DNA of 64,000 bases from Candidatus Hydrogenedentota bacterium. Its GTDB lineage: Bacteria > Hydrogenedentota > Hydrogenedentia > Hydrogenedentales > SLHB01. The position numbers were made by a program, and so were the translations under genes. Position 1 is the stretch's first letter. Every line of letters starts with the position of its first letter. Location of the stretch: the NCBI GenBank assembly GCA_045863295.1, contig BTWA01000013.1, positions 86,350 to 150,349 of the forward strand, in the 5' to 3' direction. The notes under the pieces are model-generated. The model was not told where the DNA came from, made no database searches, and saw only the letters and a list, made by a program, of their open reading frames with translations. This document shows, piece by piece, positions 42,031-51,132 of the stretch.

Positions 42031-43130
42031 AAGTGGCGTTAAATGCGATGCAGGCCGGAAATCGGAGCGGCACAGGCGTCTACGCCTCGCAATTGGCCCG
42101 CTGGCTTCCCAGGGTTTCGCACGGCATTTCCATGGCAACGTATTGGCCAGCGGGCTTGCCCCTGCCCGATGCAGCCATCGCGGACACGTTCAAGAACGTC
42201 ACCGTTCGCGGCGGCTTACGCAGGATTGCATACGATCAATTTGGATTCGCGCGAGAGGCGGCGGCAAACGGCGCGGACCTGTTGCATTACCCGGCCACGG
42301 TCGGCCGGCTCCTGCCTTCACGAAACAGCATTGTGACCATTCACGATCTGACATTCCTGCACGAACCCGAGTGGTATGGATGGGAGCATGCGGCCTATTT
42401 GAAATACGCGACGTGGTTGAGCGCACGGCACGCCCGCCGGATTGTCACGGTATCGGAGGCCACAAAGCGCGATGTGGTGGAATTGTTGAGGATACCAGAG
42501 TCCAAAGTAGACGCCATTCCCAACGGCGTGGACGAATCCTTTGTCGCGGCGGAAGAAGACGAAGTCGAACGCGTGGCCGCCAAGTACAAACTCCCTGATC
42601 TGTTCGTGCTGTTTGTGGGCACGTTGGAGCCGCGCAAGAATATCGTCCGGCTGATTCAGGCCTTTTCAAAAGCGGCGGACGCCATACCGCACCACCTCGT
42701 TATCGCCGGCCGGAACGGCTGGATATATCACTCCATCCACGAAGCGGCAGCGGCCTCCCGCCACGCCGCTCGGGTTCATTTCATCGGCCATGCACCGCCG
42801 GAAGATCTTCCCGCGCTGTACAGCGCCGCGGACATGTTCGCATTTCCGAGCTTGTTCGAAGGTTTTGGCATTCCCGTGGCGGAAGCCATGGCCTGCGGCA
42901 CACCGGTGCTGACGTCAACCACATCAAGTTTGCCGGAAGTGGCCGGTGATGCCGCCGTACTGGTGGACCCATATGACGTAGAGGCAATCGCCACTGGTAT
43001 GACTCAGATCCTCTCAGACGAGAGATTAAAAGCACGATTGCACGAAGCCGGGCCCATACGCGCCCGTCAGTTCTCGTGGAAACGAACTGCGGAATGCGTG
43101 GTGGAATCCTACAAGAAAGCGATGGAGTAA
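42027..43130 (+). CDS. GT4 glycosyltransferase (paralog)
   Basis: SGTGVY, TIHDL, GTLEPRKN, FEGFGIPVAEAMACG; GTGA overlap with upstream gene. Confidence 0.92.
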   Translation: MKVALNAMQAGNRSGTGVYASQLARWLPRVSHGISMATYWPAGLPLPDAAIADTFKNVTVRGGLRRIAYDQFGFAREAAANGADLLHYPATVGRLLPSRNSIVTIHDLTFLHEPEWYGWEHAAYLKYATWLSARHARRIVTVSEATKRDVVELLRIPESKVDAIPNGVDESFVAAEEDEVERVAAKYKLPDLFVLFVGTLEPRKNIVRLIQAFSKAADAIPHHLVIAGRNGWIYHSIHEAAAASRHAARVHFIGHAPPEDLPALYSAADMFAFPSLFEGFGIPVAEAMACGTPVLTSTTSSLPEVAGDAAVLVDPYDVEAIATGMTQILSDERLKARLHEAGPIRARQFSWKRTAECVVESYKKAME

Positions 43131-43133
43131 CCC

Positions 43134-43571
43134 ATGGGCACGGGCATGTTGGGTTTCAAGAAGCGCGTAAAGGCGCTGGCAATTATCGCGTTCGCGTTGA
43201 ACGCGATACCCAACGTACCGGTGTGTATTTCCGCCACCGGGTTTGGCTGCATGGAATGGGAAATGGCCAATACGCCGAAAAGAGTGACGGACTATTGTCC
43301 ACGCTCGCACCGCAGACTTTGGTATCCGTCGTGCTGTGTGCTCGACGTCCAAGGCGATCGCATATTCATGCAGCACGGCGATTTGGACGGTAACAGGTAC
43401 TACTGGGAAATCAGATCAAAAGATGACGCTCAGTATTTTCGATTACCCGGAGACGTGGCGCAGCTTGCGCCCGAAGGATATTCGGCGAAACTGATTCCCG
43501 GCAATGAGACTGAAGTGCTTTACAGGAACGGGAAATACCTATTGACGCCGTTGACAAACGGCACATTTTGA
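43134..43571 (+). CDS. Hypothetical protein
   Basis: Fills the gap co-directionally; basic then hydrophobic N-terminus; no motif recognised. Confidence 0.45.
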   Translation: MGTGMLGFKKRVKALAIIAFALNAIPNVPVCISATGFGCMEWEMANTPKRVTDYCPRSHRRLWYPSCCVLDVQGDRIFMQHGDLDGNRYYWEIRSKDDAQYFRLPGDVAQLAPEGYSAKLIPGNETEVLYRNGKYLLTPLTNGTF

Positions 43572-43596
43572 CGGAGAGAAAGGACAGCAGCAACCG

Positions 43597-44325
43597 GTGG
43601 CCAAAAGGCAACCCATACTCGAAACGGACTTGCACAAACCACTCGCGGCCTATCTGGAAAAGCAGGGCTACACCGTCCGTAGCGAGGTGAATTCGTGCGA
43701 CATGGTCGCGGTCAAAGGCGACGATCTTATCGTTATTGAATTGAAACGATCGCTCACTGCCACCTTGCTGGCCCAGGCGGCCCGGCGCCAGAAGATGACC
43801 GACGCCGTCTATGTAGCCTTGCCCCGGCCCTCCATCGGGCTCAATTCACGCCTGTGGCGCGACTACCGGCACCTGCTCCGGCGGCTCGAACTCGGCCTGA
43901 TATTGGTTAACCCAAGAGGCCGTGCGAACAAGGTCGAGATCGTATTCCACCCCATCCCGTTCGCCCGGCGCAAACAACCCCGCGACCGCCGCGCTTTGCT
44001 CAAGGAAATCCAAGGCCGCTCCGCCGACTACAACACCGCCGGAAGCACCCGAAAGAAACTGGTCACCGCCTACCGCGAAGAAGCCATCTACATCGCCTGT
44101 TGCCTGAAAGTGCTGGGAGTTGCCAGCCCTGCGCAGTTGCGCAAAATGGGTTGCAGCGCCAGAACAACGAGAATCGCATACGATAATGTCTACGGCTGGT
44201 TTGATCGCGTGGAGCGGGGTGTATATCGGTTACGCGTTCAAGGTGAAAAAGAGCTGAATCAGTTTCAGGAACTGGCATGCAAATTTGCCGAAGAGATCGC
44301 GCGAAGGCAGATTGCACAACCCTGA
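43597..44325 (+). CDS. DUF2161-family PD-(D/E)XK-like protein
   Basis: ETDLHKPLAAYLEKQGYTVRSEVNSCD, IELK, TAYREEA, NVYGWFDRVERGVY. Confidence 0.8.
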   Translation: MAKRQPILETDLHKPLAAYLEKQGYTVRSEVNSCDMVAVKGDDLIVIELKRSLTATLLAQAARRQKMTDAVYVALPRPSIGLNSRLWRDYRHLLRRLELGLILVNPRGRANKVEIVFHPIPFARRKQPRDRRALLKEIQGRSADYNTAGSTRKKLVTAYREEAIYIACCLKVLGVASPAQLRKMGCSARTTRIAYDNVYGWFDRVERGVYRLRVQGEKELNQFQELACKFAEEIARRQIAQP

Positions 44326-44338
44326 CGAGGCCGGGACT

Positions 44339-45070
44339 ATGCCGTTATTGCTGCTGGGATTGCCGTTATTCGTAGTGTGCTTTTTCGGTTGGGTTGTCAG
44401 CGAGGGCAATTGCGTGCCAAGGCTTCGGGTTGCTTTTGCGCTTGGCGGCTTTTTCTTCGCGGCATTGGCAGGGGTTTTTGTGGGGGGATTTAGTGAGTCC
44501 TTCAATTATAACGTCTACTTTGGATCGGCCACACTCGAACTGACCGAGACCATACTCGAGCAACTTCAGCAAGGTAACACCGAAGGAGTGGTCGTCGCGT
44601 TGCGTGGTCTAAAGGCCGAGTACAGACCCACGTATGAGCACAAGGCCGGTTACCTTGAATTGGCGAGAAAGTCCGCTGCGTATATGCGAGGTGAATTGCC
44701 CCGGGAGACATACCGCCTGCCCGAATTCGATCGCGACGTTTGGGATGGTGTGTGGGAGGCTGAAGATGCGCTTTTCCTGAAAATCGAAGTGAGCGCACTC
44801 AGCATTGAAGTTCGCCAACTACTCGTACCAATGAGTGAAAACGAGGCCACTTCGTTGCCGCCCGGCAATCGCACCCTTGAGTTTGCACTCAGCGACAACC
44901 GCACGTGTACCCTGCAACTTCGCGATAACTTCGTGGCCGACTACACGATTACGGATCCCAATGAAAACAACGCCACGCATTCCGGCGTAATCGTCAAGCT
45001 AATTCCTGCAACCCAAACCGCGCGAGACTCGATCGAAAGTACTACGGCCAACGCCGTGCCGGCCGGATGA
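44339..45070 (+). CDS. Hypothetical membrane protein
   Basis: Two N-terminal TM helices followed by a soluble domain. Confidence 0.55.
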   Translation: MPLLLLGLPLFVVCFFGWVVSEGNCVPRLRVAFALGGFFFAALAGVFVGGFSESFNYNVYFGSATLELTETILEQLQQGNTEGVVVALRGLKAEYRPTYEHKAGYLELARKSAAYMRGELPRETYRLPEFDRDVWDGVWEAEDALFLKIEVSALSIEVRQLLVPMSENEATSLPPGNRTLEFALSDNRTCTLQLRDNFVADYTITDPNENNATHSGVIVKLIPATQTARDSIESTTANAVPAG

Positions 45071-45215
45071 CAATACGGTTCTGACGTGAAATCGTTCAGT
45101 GGTTCATCTAGCCGAGGTACTTGTTGACAATGCCCCGCCCGCTGTGGACGATCAGCCCCGGTGCATTCGTGATTCAAACGGATTCTGTCAGCCACTCGAA
45201 AGTCATGGTTGTTTC

Positions 45216-48200
45216 ATGCTTTATTCGCAATCGATATTCCGCAGAATGTCCGGTCGTCTTGTCGGAACAGTAACGTGGACGATACTCCTCGTTTTGGCGG
45301 TGGTTCCGCAATCCCCGGCGCAAGCCCCTGTCGATCCATTCGCCCTCTGGGAACAGGCTACCGTTTACCGTGACGAATGGGGCGTGCCGCATGTCTACGC
45401 CGCGTCCCCTCGCGCAATGGCCTTTGCATTCGGCTACGCGCAAGCCGAAGACCATCTGGAATCCATGCTGCTCGCTTACCGCTATGCCCAAGGGCGCGTG
45501 GCGGAAGTAATGGGCGAGGCCTACGCACCCAACGACGAGTTTGCCCTGAAAATGGGCCACCATGTTTTAGCGACAGCCTCGTACCCGCAGGCAGACCCTG
45601 TGACGCGCGAATTGTGCGAAGGGTTCGCTCTCGGTGTGAACGCCTACTTGATCAACCACCCCGATCGCGCACCGGCCTGGGCCGAGGCCGTCAACCCGGA
45701 AGACATCCTCGCGCTCATGCACGCGTACCTCATGAGTTTCGCGCCCTTTGATTTGCCCGACGTCTTTTCACCCCCACCCGGAGCCCGCAGTGGCAATGCA
45801 TGGGCCATTGCTCCATCCAAATCAGCCACCGGCGAAGCCATGCTGGTGATCAATCCGCATGCCGACTACGACGGACCGTTCCAATGGTACGAAGCGCACC
45901 TCGCCGTCGGCGACTACGACATGCAGGGCGCCACGCTGCAGGGCATCCCCGTCATCATGATGGGACACAACGGTACGTTAGGCTGGGCGCTCACGCCCAA
46001 CCGCCCCGACTTCGCCGACATGTACATGGAACCCAAACAACAGGGCACTGCGCGGAACCCGGCCTCCGTCGGCGGACCGGTGCTGCCGTTCGATCCCAAG
46101 GAAGTCCGTTATCTGGAAATGGTGGCGAATGCCCGCACCTTCTATGTAATGACACCGGGTGGGCCGGTGGAACGCCAAGTGCCCACACTCATTTCCGACA
46201 TGGGACCCATCGTTGGCCGTTTCGACAATCGCTTTTGCGCCTATTTCATCGGCGGCTACCGCGATTTTGGCGCCGTCCGCCAACTTTTTACGATGGGCAC
46301 CGCCCGGACCTTGGCCGCATTTCAACAGACGCTCGAATTGCATCAATTGCCTTGTTTCAACGTGGTCTACGCGGATTCGGAAGGCAACATTTTTTACCTC
46401 TACAACGCAAAAGTGGGGGAGAAATACATCCCCGGATCTCGGCCCATAATCGATCCGTCCATGCGCGACGGCGTCAACTGGTCTCTGCCTGTATCCGCCG
46501 GAAATTCCCTCTTGCGATGGGGCAATATCGTGCCGCCCAACTTGCTGCCCAATATCAGCAATCCCGCGAGCGGATACGTGCAGGCCTGCGGCAATCCACC
46601 GTGGGGCGTGACGGAGAAGTCTGGCCTGATGCCCGATCAGTGGCCTGCATGGTTCGCGCAGGACCCCGATTCGCATCGGGCTAAGCGCGTGCGCCAATTG
46701 CTGGGAATGGGAAAACGCTCATTTCAGGACGCACAGGCCATGCTGTACGATGTGCTGGTTCCCATCGCGGTGACGACCGTGCCCAAGCTGCTTGAGGCCG
46801 TCGACGCGAATCCCGCGTGGCTCACGGCCGCCCACCCCGACTTGCCCATCGGACTGGATGCGCTCCGCAACTGGAAGTACGTCGCGGAAACCAACAGTCC
46901 CGGCATGACGTTCTTTCATGTGTGGTGGTCGGCGTTGCGTGCGCGCGCCCCAGGCTATTCGGAAGATGCCGTGGTCGCCATGCTCGAACAGAACGCTCCG
47001 GAGGCTCAGGAATCCGCATTTCGCGCGGCCGAGCAGGCGGCGCGCCTCATGCGCAGCGAATTCAACTCGCTGACGGTTCCCTGGGGCGATGTGCATATTT
47101 TCGCGCGCGGCGACACCAGCGTTCCCGCACCGGGTTCGCTCAGCGGAAATCCGGTGTTCATCGCCTCCGATACAAAATTCGTGGACGGCCGGTGGCGCGT
47201 CAACTACGGCTACGGCTTCGCCATGGCCGTGAAGTTCGGTGAAGCCGTTGAAGCCGTCAGCATGGTGCCGTTCGGATCGTCAACCGATCCGCGTTCCAAA
47301 CACCACACCGACCAGATGCAACTGGTTTCAAACCGCACATTCAAGCCGGTGCGTTTCTACCCCGACGATGTGAAGCGCAATGCTGCCGTGGCTTTCGGAC
47401 GCAATATCTCCCTGTTTCCGCCCGGTATGGAAGCCGAATGCCGTATCAGCGCCCGGGAACCCGTAACCGCGCGCGTGGAATCGTATACGCAACCGCCGGC
47501 GCCCATCCCATTAGGTCTGGCTACGTTTGCCATGTATGTGCGCGTTGATCAACGTCCGGCCTCGGTGCCCTCCACCATCGAGTTGGATGTATACCTGCCG
47601 CCCGAAGTCTGCGCGGATGAAAACCTGTCCAAACTTCTCGTCTACGCCTACGATTCACAGCAAGGCTGGGGCCCGCTTGAAGCGCAGGAATTGGCGTTCG
47701 AAGAACGTATTTTCCGCGCGCGCGACCGGCGGCCCCGTGTATACGCGGTCCTGGGCCCGCAAGAGTTGCGCGGCAGCCTGCCCACCATGAGCACCGAAAT
47801 GATTGCCCAGGCGCAAAGCGCCGCGGCAACCGGGGATGCCGCAACCTCGGATGTGGAAGTGACTGGGGAACCCGTGGTGCAGGATTCCGCGCCGCAGCCC
47901 GTCGTGCCTATGCCGGATGACAAGGCCGCAACGCCGGAACCCTCACAAGAGCCGGAGACGGAAGACGCATCGGAATCCACGGCCGACCAGTCTCCCGTCG
48001 AAGAGCGCAAGAGCGCCATCGCATGGGGATCCCGATTGGAATTGGCGCCCCCTGGCGTGGACGGATTGCTGTCTGTCAAATCGGACAAGTCCATCGGGGC
48101 GCGCCTCATCGTATCGCCGGATCCACCCGCGCAGATCCCTGCGAACCTGGCCGCGTTTACAGACTATGTGCTTCTCGAATTTTCACCGCCGGACGCCGCC

Positions 48201-48443
48201 GTGGAAATCAATCTGTGGCTTCGCCCTGAAGAAGGATCCGTCGGCCGGGGTTTTCTGGATAAGTTGACAGTGTACACCTATGAACCCGCACAGGGGTGGA
48301 CACCCATGGCCGACGCGGCTATGGATGCCGAAAAGCAAGTATTGACGGGTTCCGATTCCAAACCGCGCACCTATGCAATACTGGGGCCCAAGGAATACCG
48401 GCTGCAACAAGGCGTGGCTGTCCCCAACGCGGGCAATGAATAG
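45216..48443 (+). CDS. Penicillin/cephalosporin acylase (Ntn hydrolase) homolog with duplicated C-terminal domain
   Basis: Signal peptide; VYRDEWGVPHVYA, FGYAQAED, NAWAIAPSKS, INPH, WYEAHL, FNVVYAD; start could also be 45246. Confidence 0.85.
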   Translation: MLYSQSIFRRMSGRLVGTVTWTILLVLAVVPQSPAQAPVDPFALWEQATVYRDEWGVPHVYAASPRAMAFAFGYAQAEDHLESMLLAYRYAQGRVAEVMGEAYAPNDEFALKMGHHVLATASYPQADPVTRELCEGFALGVNAYLINHPDRAPAWAEAVNPEDILALMHAYLMSFAPFDLPDVFSPPPGARSGNAWAIAPSKSATGEAMLVINPHADYDGPFQWYEAHLAVGDYDMQGATLQGIPVIMMGHNGTLGWALTPNRPDFADMYMEPKQQGTARNPASVGGPVLPFDPKEVRYLEMVANARTFYVMTPGGPVERQVPTLISDMGPIVGRFDNRFCAYFIGGYRDFGAVRQLFTMGTARTLAAFQQTLELHQLPCFNVVYADSEGNIFYLYNAKVGEKYIPGSRPIIDPSMRDGVNWSLPVSAGNSLLRWGNIVPPNLLPNISNPASGYVQACGNPPWGVTEKSGLMPDQWPAWFAQDPDSHRAKRVRQLLGMGKRSFQDAQAMLYDVLVPIAVTTVPKLLEAVDANPAWLTAAHPDLPIGLDALRNWKYVAETNSPGMTFFHVWWSALRARAPGYSEDAVVAMLEQNAPEAQESAFRAAEQAARLMRSEFNSLTVPWGDVHIFARGDTSVPAPGSLSGNPVFIASDTKFVDGRWRVNYGYGFAMAVKFGEAVEAVSMVPFGSSTDPRSKHHTDQMQLVSNRTFKPVRFYPDDVKRNAAVAFGRNISLFPPGMEAECRISAREPVTARVESYTQPPAPIPLGLATFAMYVRVDQRPASVPSTIELDVYLPPEVCADENLSKLLVYAYDSQQGWGPLEAQELAFEERIFRARDRRPRVYAVLGPQELRGSLPTMSTEMIAQAQSAAATGDAATSDVEVTGEPVVQDSAPQPVVPMPDDKAATPEPSQEPETEDASESTADQSPVEERKSAIAWGSRLELAPPGVDGLLSVKSDKSIGARLIVSPDPPAQIPANLAAFTDYVLLEFSPPDAAVEINLWLRPEEGSVGRGFLDKLTVYTYEPAQGWTPMADAAMDAEKQVLTGSDSKPRTYAILGPKEYRLQQGVAVPNAGNE

Positions 48444-48455
48444 GCCAGGAGACTC

Positions 48456-49220
48456 ATGGACACATATCGGCTGAAAGAACTGCTGGAGTCCGTGGCCGCC
48501 GGGGCCACTTCCACCGGCGAAGCGTTAGACCGGCTGCGGCGGATGCCGTTCGAAGACCTTGGTTTCGTAAAGATCGACCACCATCGGGCGATTCGTCAGG
48601 GCGCGCCGGAAACGATTTTCGGCAGCGGAAAGACACCGGATCAGCTTGTGGAGATCGTAAGCCGTCTGCGCGAACACGGCAGCAACGTGCTGGTAACGCG
48701 CTGTTCCCCCGAGGGCGCGCAGGCCGTGCTCGGCGCTCATCCCGACATGGTGCATAACACCGCGGCTCGCACCCTTACTCTAATGCAGCATGCCACACCG
48801 CCCCTCGAAGGCTACGTGGCGGTTGCCTGCGCCGGCACATCCGATTTACCCGTGGCCGAAGAGGCCGTCGAAACCTGTGCCTTCATCGGCGCGCCCGTGG
48901 AACGGGTCTATGACATTGGCGTCGCCGGCATTCACCGCCTGTTCAGCCGGTTGGATGTGTTGCAGAAAGCGCAGGCCCTGGTGGTCTGCGCCGGCATGGA
49001 AGGAGCGCTCCCCAGCGTTGTCGCCGGATTGGTGGACAAACCCGTGTTCGCCGTTCCAACCAGCGTCGGGTACGGAGCCAGTTTCGGCGGCGTCGCCGCC
49101 ATGCTCGCCATGCTCAATTCCTGTGCATCGGGTGTTTCCATCGTCAACATAGACAATGGGTACGGGGCCGGATATTTGGCGTCCATGGTGTTGCGCATCG
49201 CGAACGGCTCGGACGCGTGA
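48456..49220 (+). CDS. larB: Nickel-pincer cofactor biosynthesis protein LarB
   Basis: DHHRAIRQGAPE, AGTSDLPVAEEA, DIGVAGIHRL, AGMEGALPS, PTSVGYG, VNIDNGYGA. Confidence 0.92.
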   Translation: MDTYRLKELLESVAAGATSTGEALDRLRRMPFEDLGFVKIDHHRAIRQGAPETIFGSGKTPDQLVEIVSRLREHGSNVLVTRCSPEGAQAVLGAHPDMVHNTAARTLTLMQHATPPLEGYVAVACAGTSDLPVAEEAVETCAFIGAPVERVYDIGVAGIHRLFSRLDVLQKAQALVVCAGMEGALPSVVAGLVDKPVFAVPTSVGYGASFGGVAAMLAMLNSCASGVSIVNIDNGYGAGYLASMVLRIANGSDA

Positions 49221-49334
49221 GCCTGCGGCCCGTTTCGTGCTAGCATGGCGCCGGTGCTGCTGCGGCCGGCGGTCAGATGCCGGTGCTACGGTCATGATCG
49301 CATCTTCAGGGATTCACACAGGAAGATTTGGGAT

Positions 49335-50540
49335 ATGAAGACGCTGTATTTCGATTGCTTCAGCGGTGCCGCCGGCGACATGATTACCGGTGCGCTGATC
49401 GATCTGGGGGCTGACTTTGATGCCCTGATGAAAGCGATCGACTCGCTCGATATCGATGGCTTCACCGTTACCACGGAGCGGGTCAAAAAGAAAGGTGTCA
49501 TGGCCACGCAGTTCCGCGTTGGTCTCGATCCCAACCAGAAACAACCCCATCGGCATCTGCATCACGTTGTGGCTATCATTGAAAAAGGAACCTTGCCGGA
49601 TGCCGTAAAAGCGGCCAGCATCGAAACCTTTCGTCGCATCGCCGTCAGCGAGGCCGAGGTGCACGGTACCACTATTGAGCGCGTGCATTTCCACGAAGTC
49701 GGCGCCATCGATTCCATCATTGACGTGGTCAGCGCCAACTTCTGCCTGCATCAACTGGGAGTCAACCGCGTCGAAGCGTCGGTCCTGCAAGTCGGCGGAG
49801 GTACTGTTAAGTGCGCGCACGGACTCATGCCGGTCCCCGCGCCCGCCACGGCCCTGCTCCTGAAGGACATTCCTCATCAAGGCGGCGACGCCGCACTCGG
49901 CGAGCTGCTCACCCCGACAGGCGCGGCCTTGCTGGGGCAATGGTGCAAACGCTTCGGCGCGATGCCCGCCATGAACAACACACGCGTCGGATATGGCAGT
50001 GGCGAAAAGGATTTGCCCGACCGTCCCAACGTCGTTCGCGCGACGCTCGGCGATTCCGCCGGAGGTCGGTTGGCCACGGAATCTATCGCCGTGCTCGATG
50101 CACACGTGGACGACATGAACCCCGAATTGATCCCCGGAATCGTGACCACGGCTATGGACCAGGGCGCGCTCGACGCGTTTCTGACGCCCGTTCTCGGAAA
50201 GAAGGGTCGCCCGGCAACCTTGATAACCGTGCTCTGCGATCCAGCAAAAGCCGAAACCATCGCGCGCACCATGTTCCAATCGTCTTCGACACTGGGCATC
50301 CGCGTGCGCGAAGATCGGCGGTGGGTGTTGCCGCGTGTTTGGAAAATCGCGGCTACCCGATATGGCGAGGTGCGCGTAAAGATCGGCATGCTCGATGATG
50401 TGCCCACCGTCGCATCTCCCGAGTTCGAAGACTGCAAGTTGAGAGCCGAAGCGGCGGGCGTCCCGGTTCAGACGGTCTATGCCGAAGCGGTTGCGTGCGC
50501 GGTAAGAGGTGAGTTATCCAATCAGGCGGGGGATGCCTGA
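49335..50540 (+). CDS. larC: Nickel-pincer cofactor nickel insertase LarC
   Basis: YFDCFSGAAGDM, HFHEVGAIDSIID, AHGLMPVPAPAT, TPTGAA, DDMNPE, KKGRP, PEFEDC; single frame. Confidence 0.92.
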   Translation: MKTLYFDCFSGAAGDMITGALIDLGADFDALMKAIDSLDIDGFTVTTERVKKKGVMATQFRVGLDPNQKQPHRHLHHVVAIIEKGTLPDAVKAASIETFRRIAVSEAEVHGTTIERVHFHEVGAIDSIIDVVSANFCLHQLGVNRVEASVLQVGGGTVKCAHGLMPVPAPATALLLKDIPHQGGDAALGELLTPTGAALLGQWCKRFGAMPAMNNTRVGYGSGEKDLPDRPNVVRATLGDSAGGRLATESIAVLDAHVDDMNPELIPGIVTTAMDQGALDAFLTPVLGKKGRPATLITVLCDPAKAETIARTMFQSSSTLGIRVREDRRWVLPRVWKIAATRYGEVRVKIGMLDDVPTVASPEFEDCKLRAEAAGVPVQTVYAEAVACAVRGELSNQAGDA

Positions 50541-50576
50541 TAGTTCATCGAATAGGGGAAAGGGTGACACGGGGGT

Positions 50577-51062
50577 ATGGAACGCATTGCAATTTATCCG
50601 GGAAGTTTCGATCCGCCGACGTACGGCCACTACGATCTGATCCAACGCGCGTTGCGCATCTTTGACAAGTTGATCGTCGCGGTCGCGCGAAACGATGAGA
50701 AACACAGCCTGTTCACGGTGACCGAACGCGTGGAAATGCTCGCATCAATAACGGAAGGCATTCCCAACCTGGAAGTCACCTCGTTCATGGGTTTGACGGC
50801 CGAATTCGCGCGCCAACGAAAAGCCTTCGCGCTAGTCCGCGGCCTCCGGGTCATGTCGGACTTCGAATTCGAACTGTCCATTGCTACGGCCAACCAGAAG
50901 CTGAACCCCGAAGTCGATACCGTCTGCCTCATGCCCAGCGAAAAATACCTGTTGCTGAGTTCGCGCATTGTGCGGGACATCGCACGGCATGGCGGCGATC
51001 TCAGTGAGTTTGTACATCCCGCCGTCGAAAAACGGCTGCGATCCAAATTGGGCCAGGGATGA
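50577..51062 (+). CDS. coaD: Phosphopantetheine adenylyltransferase
   Basis: IYPGSFDPPTYGH, RGLR, DFEFE, SSRIVR. Confidence 0.95.
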   Translation: MERIAIYPGSFDPPTYGHYDLIQRALRIFDKLIVAVARNDEKHSLFTVTERVEMLASITEGIPNLEVTSFMGLTAEFARQRKAFALVRGLRVMSDFEFELSIATANQKLNPEVDTVCLMPSEKYLLLSSRIVRDIARHGGDLSEFVHPAVEKRLRSKLGQG

Positions 51063-51132
51063 TGCCCGGTAACGCTGTTCGCGCGCAGTCAACGTAAATC
51101 CAGAGGCCGGTCCGCCGGAAGGAAACGATGCC

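Noticed and set aside
49335..50540. Programmed frameshift in larC
   Set aside because: Both LarC halves are in one continuous reading frame here
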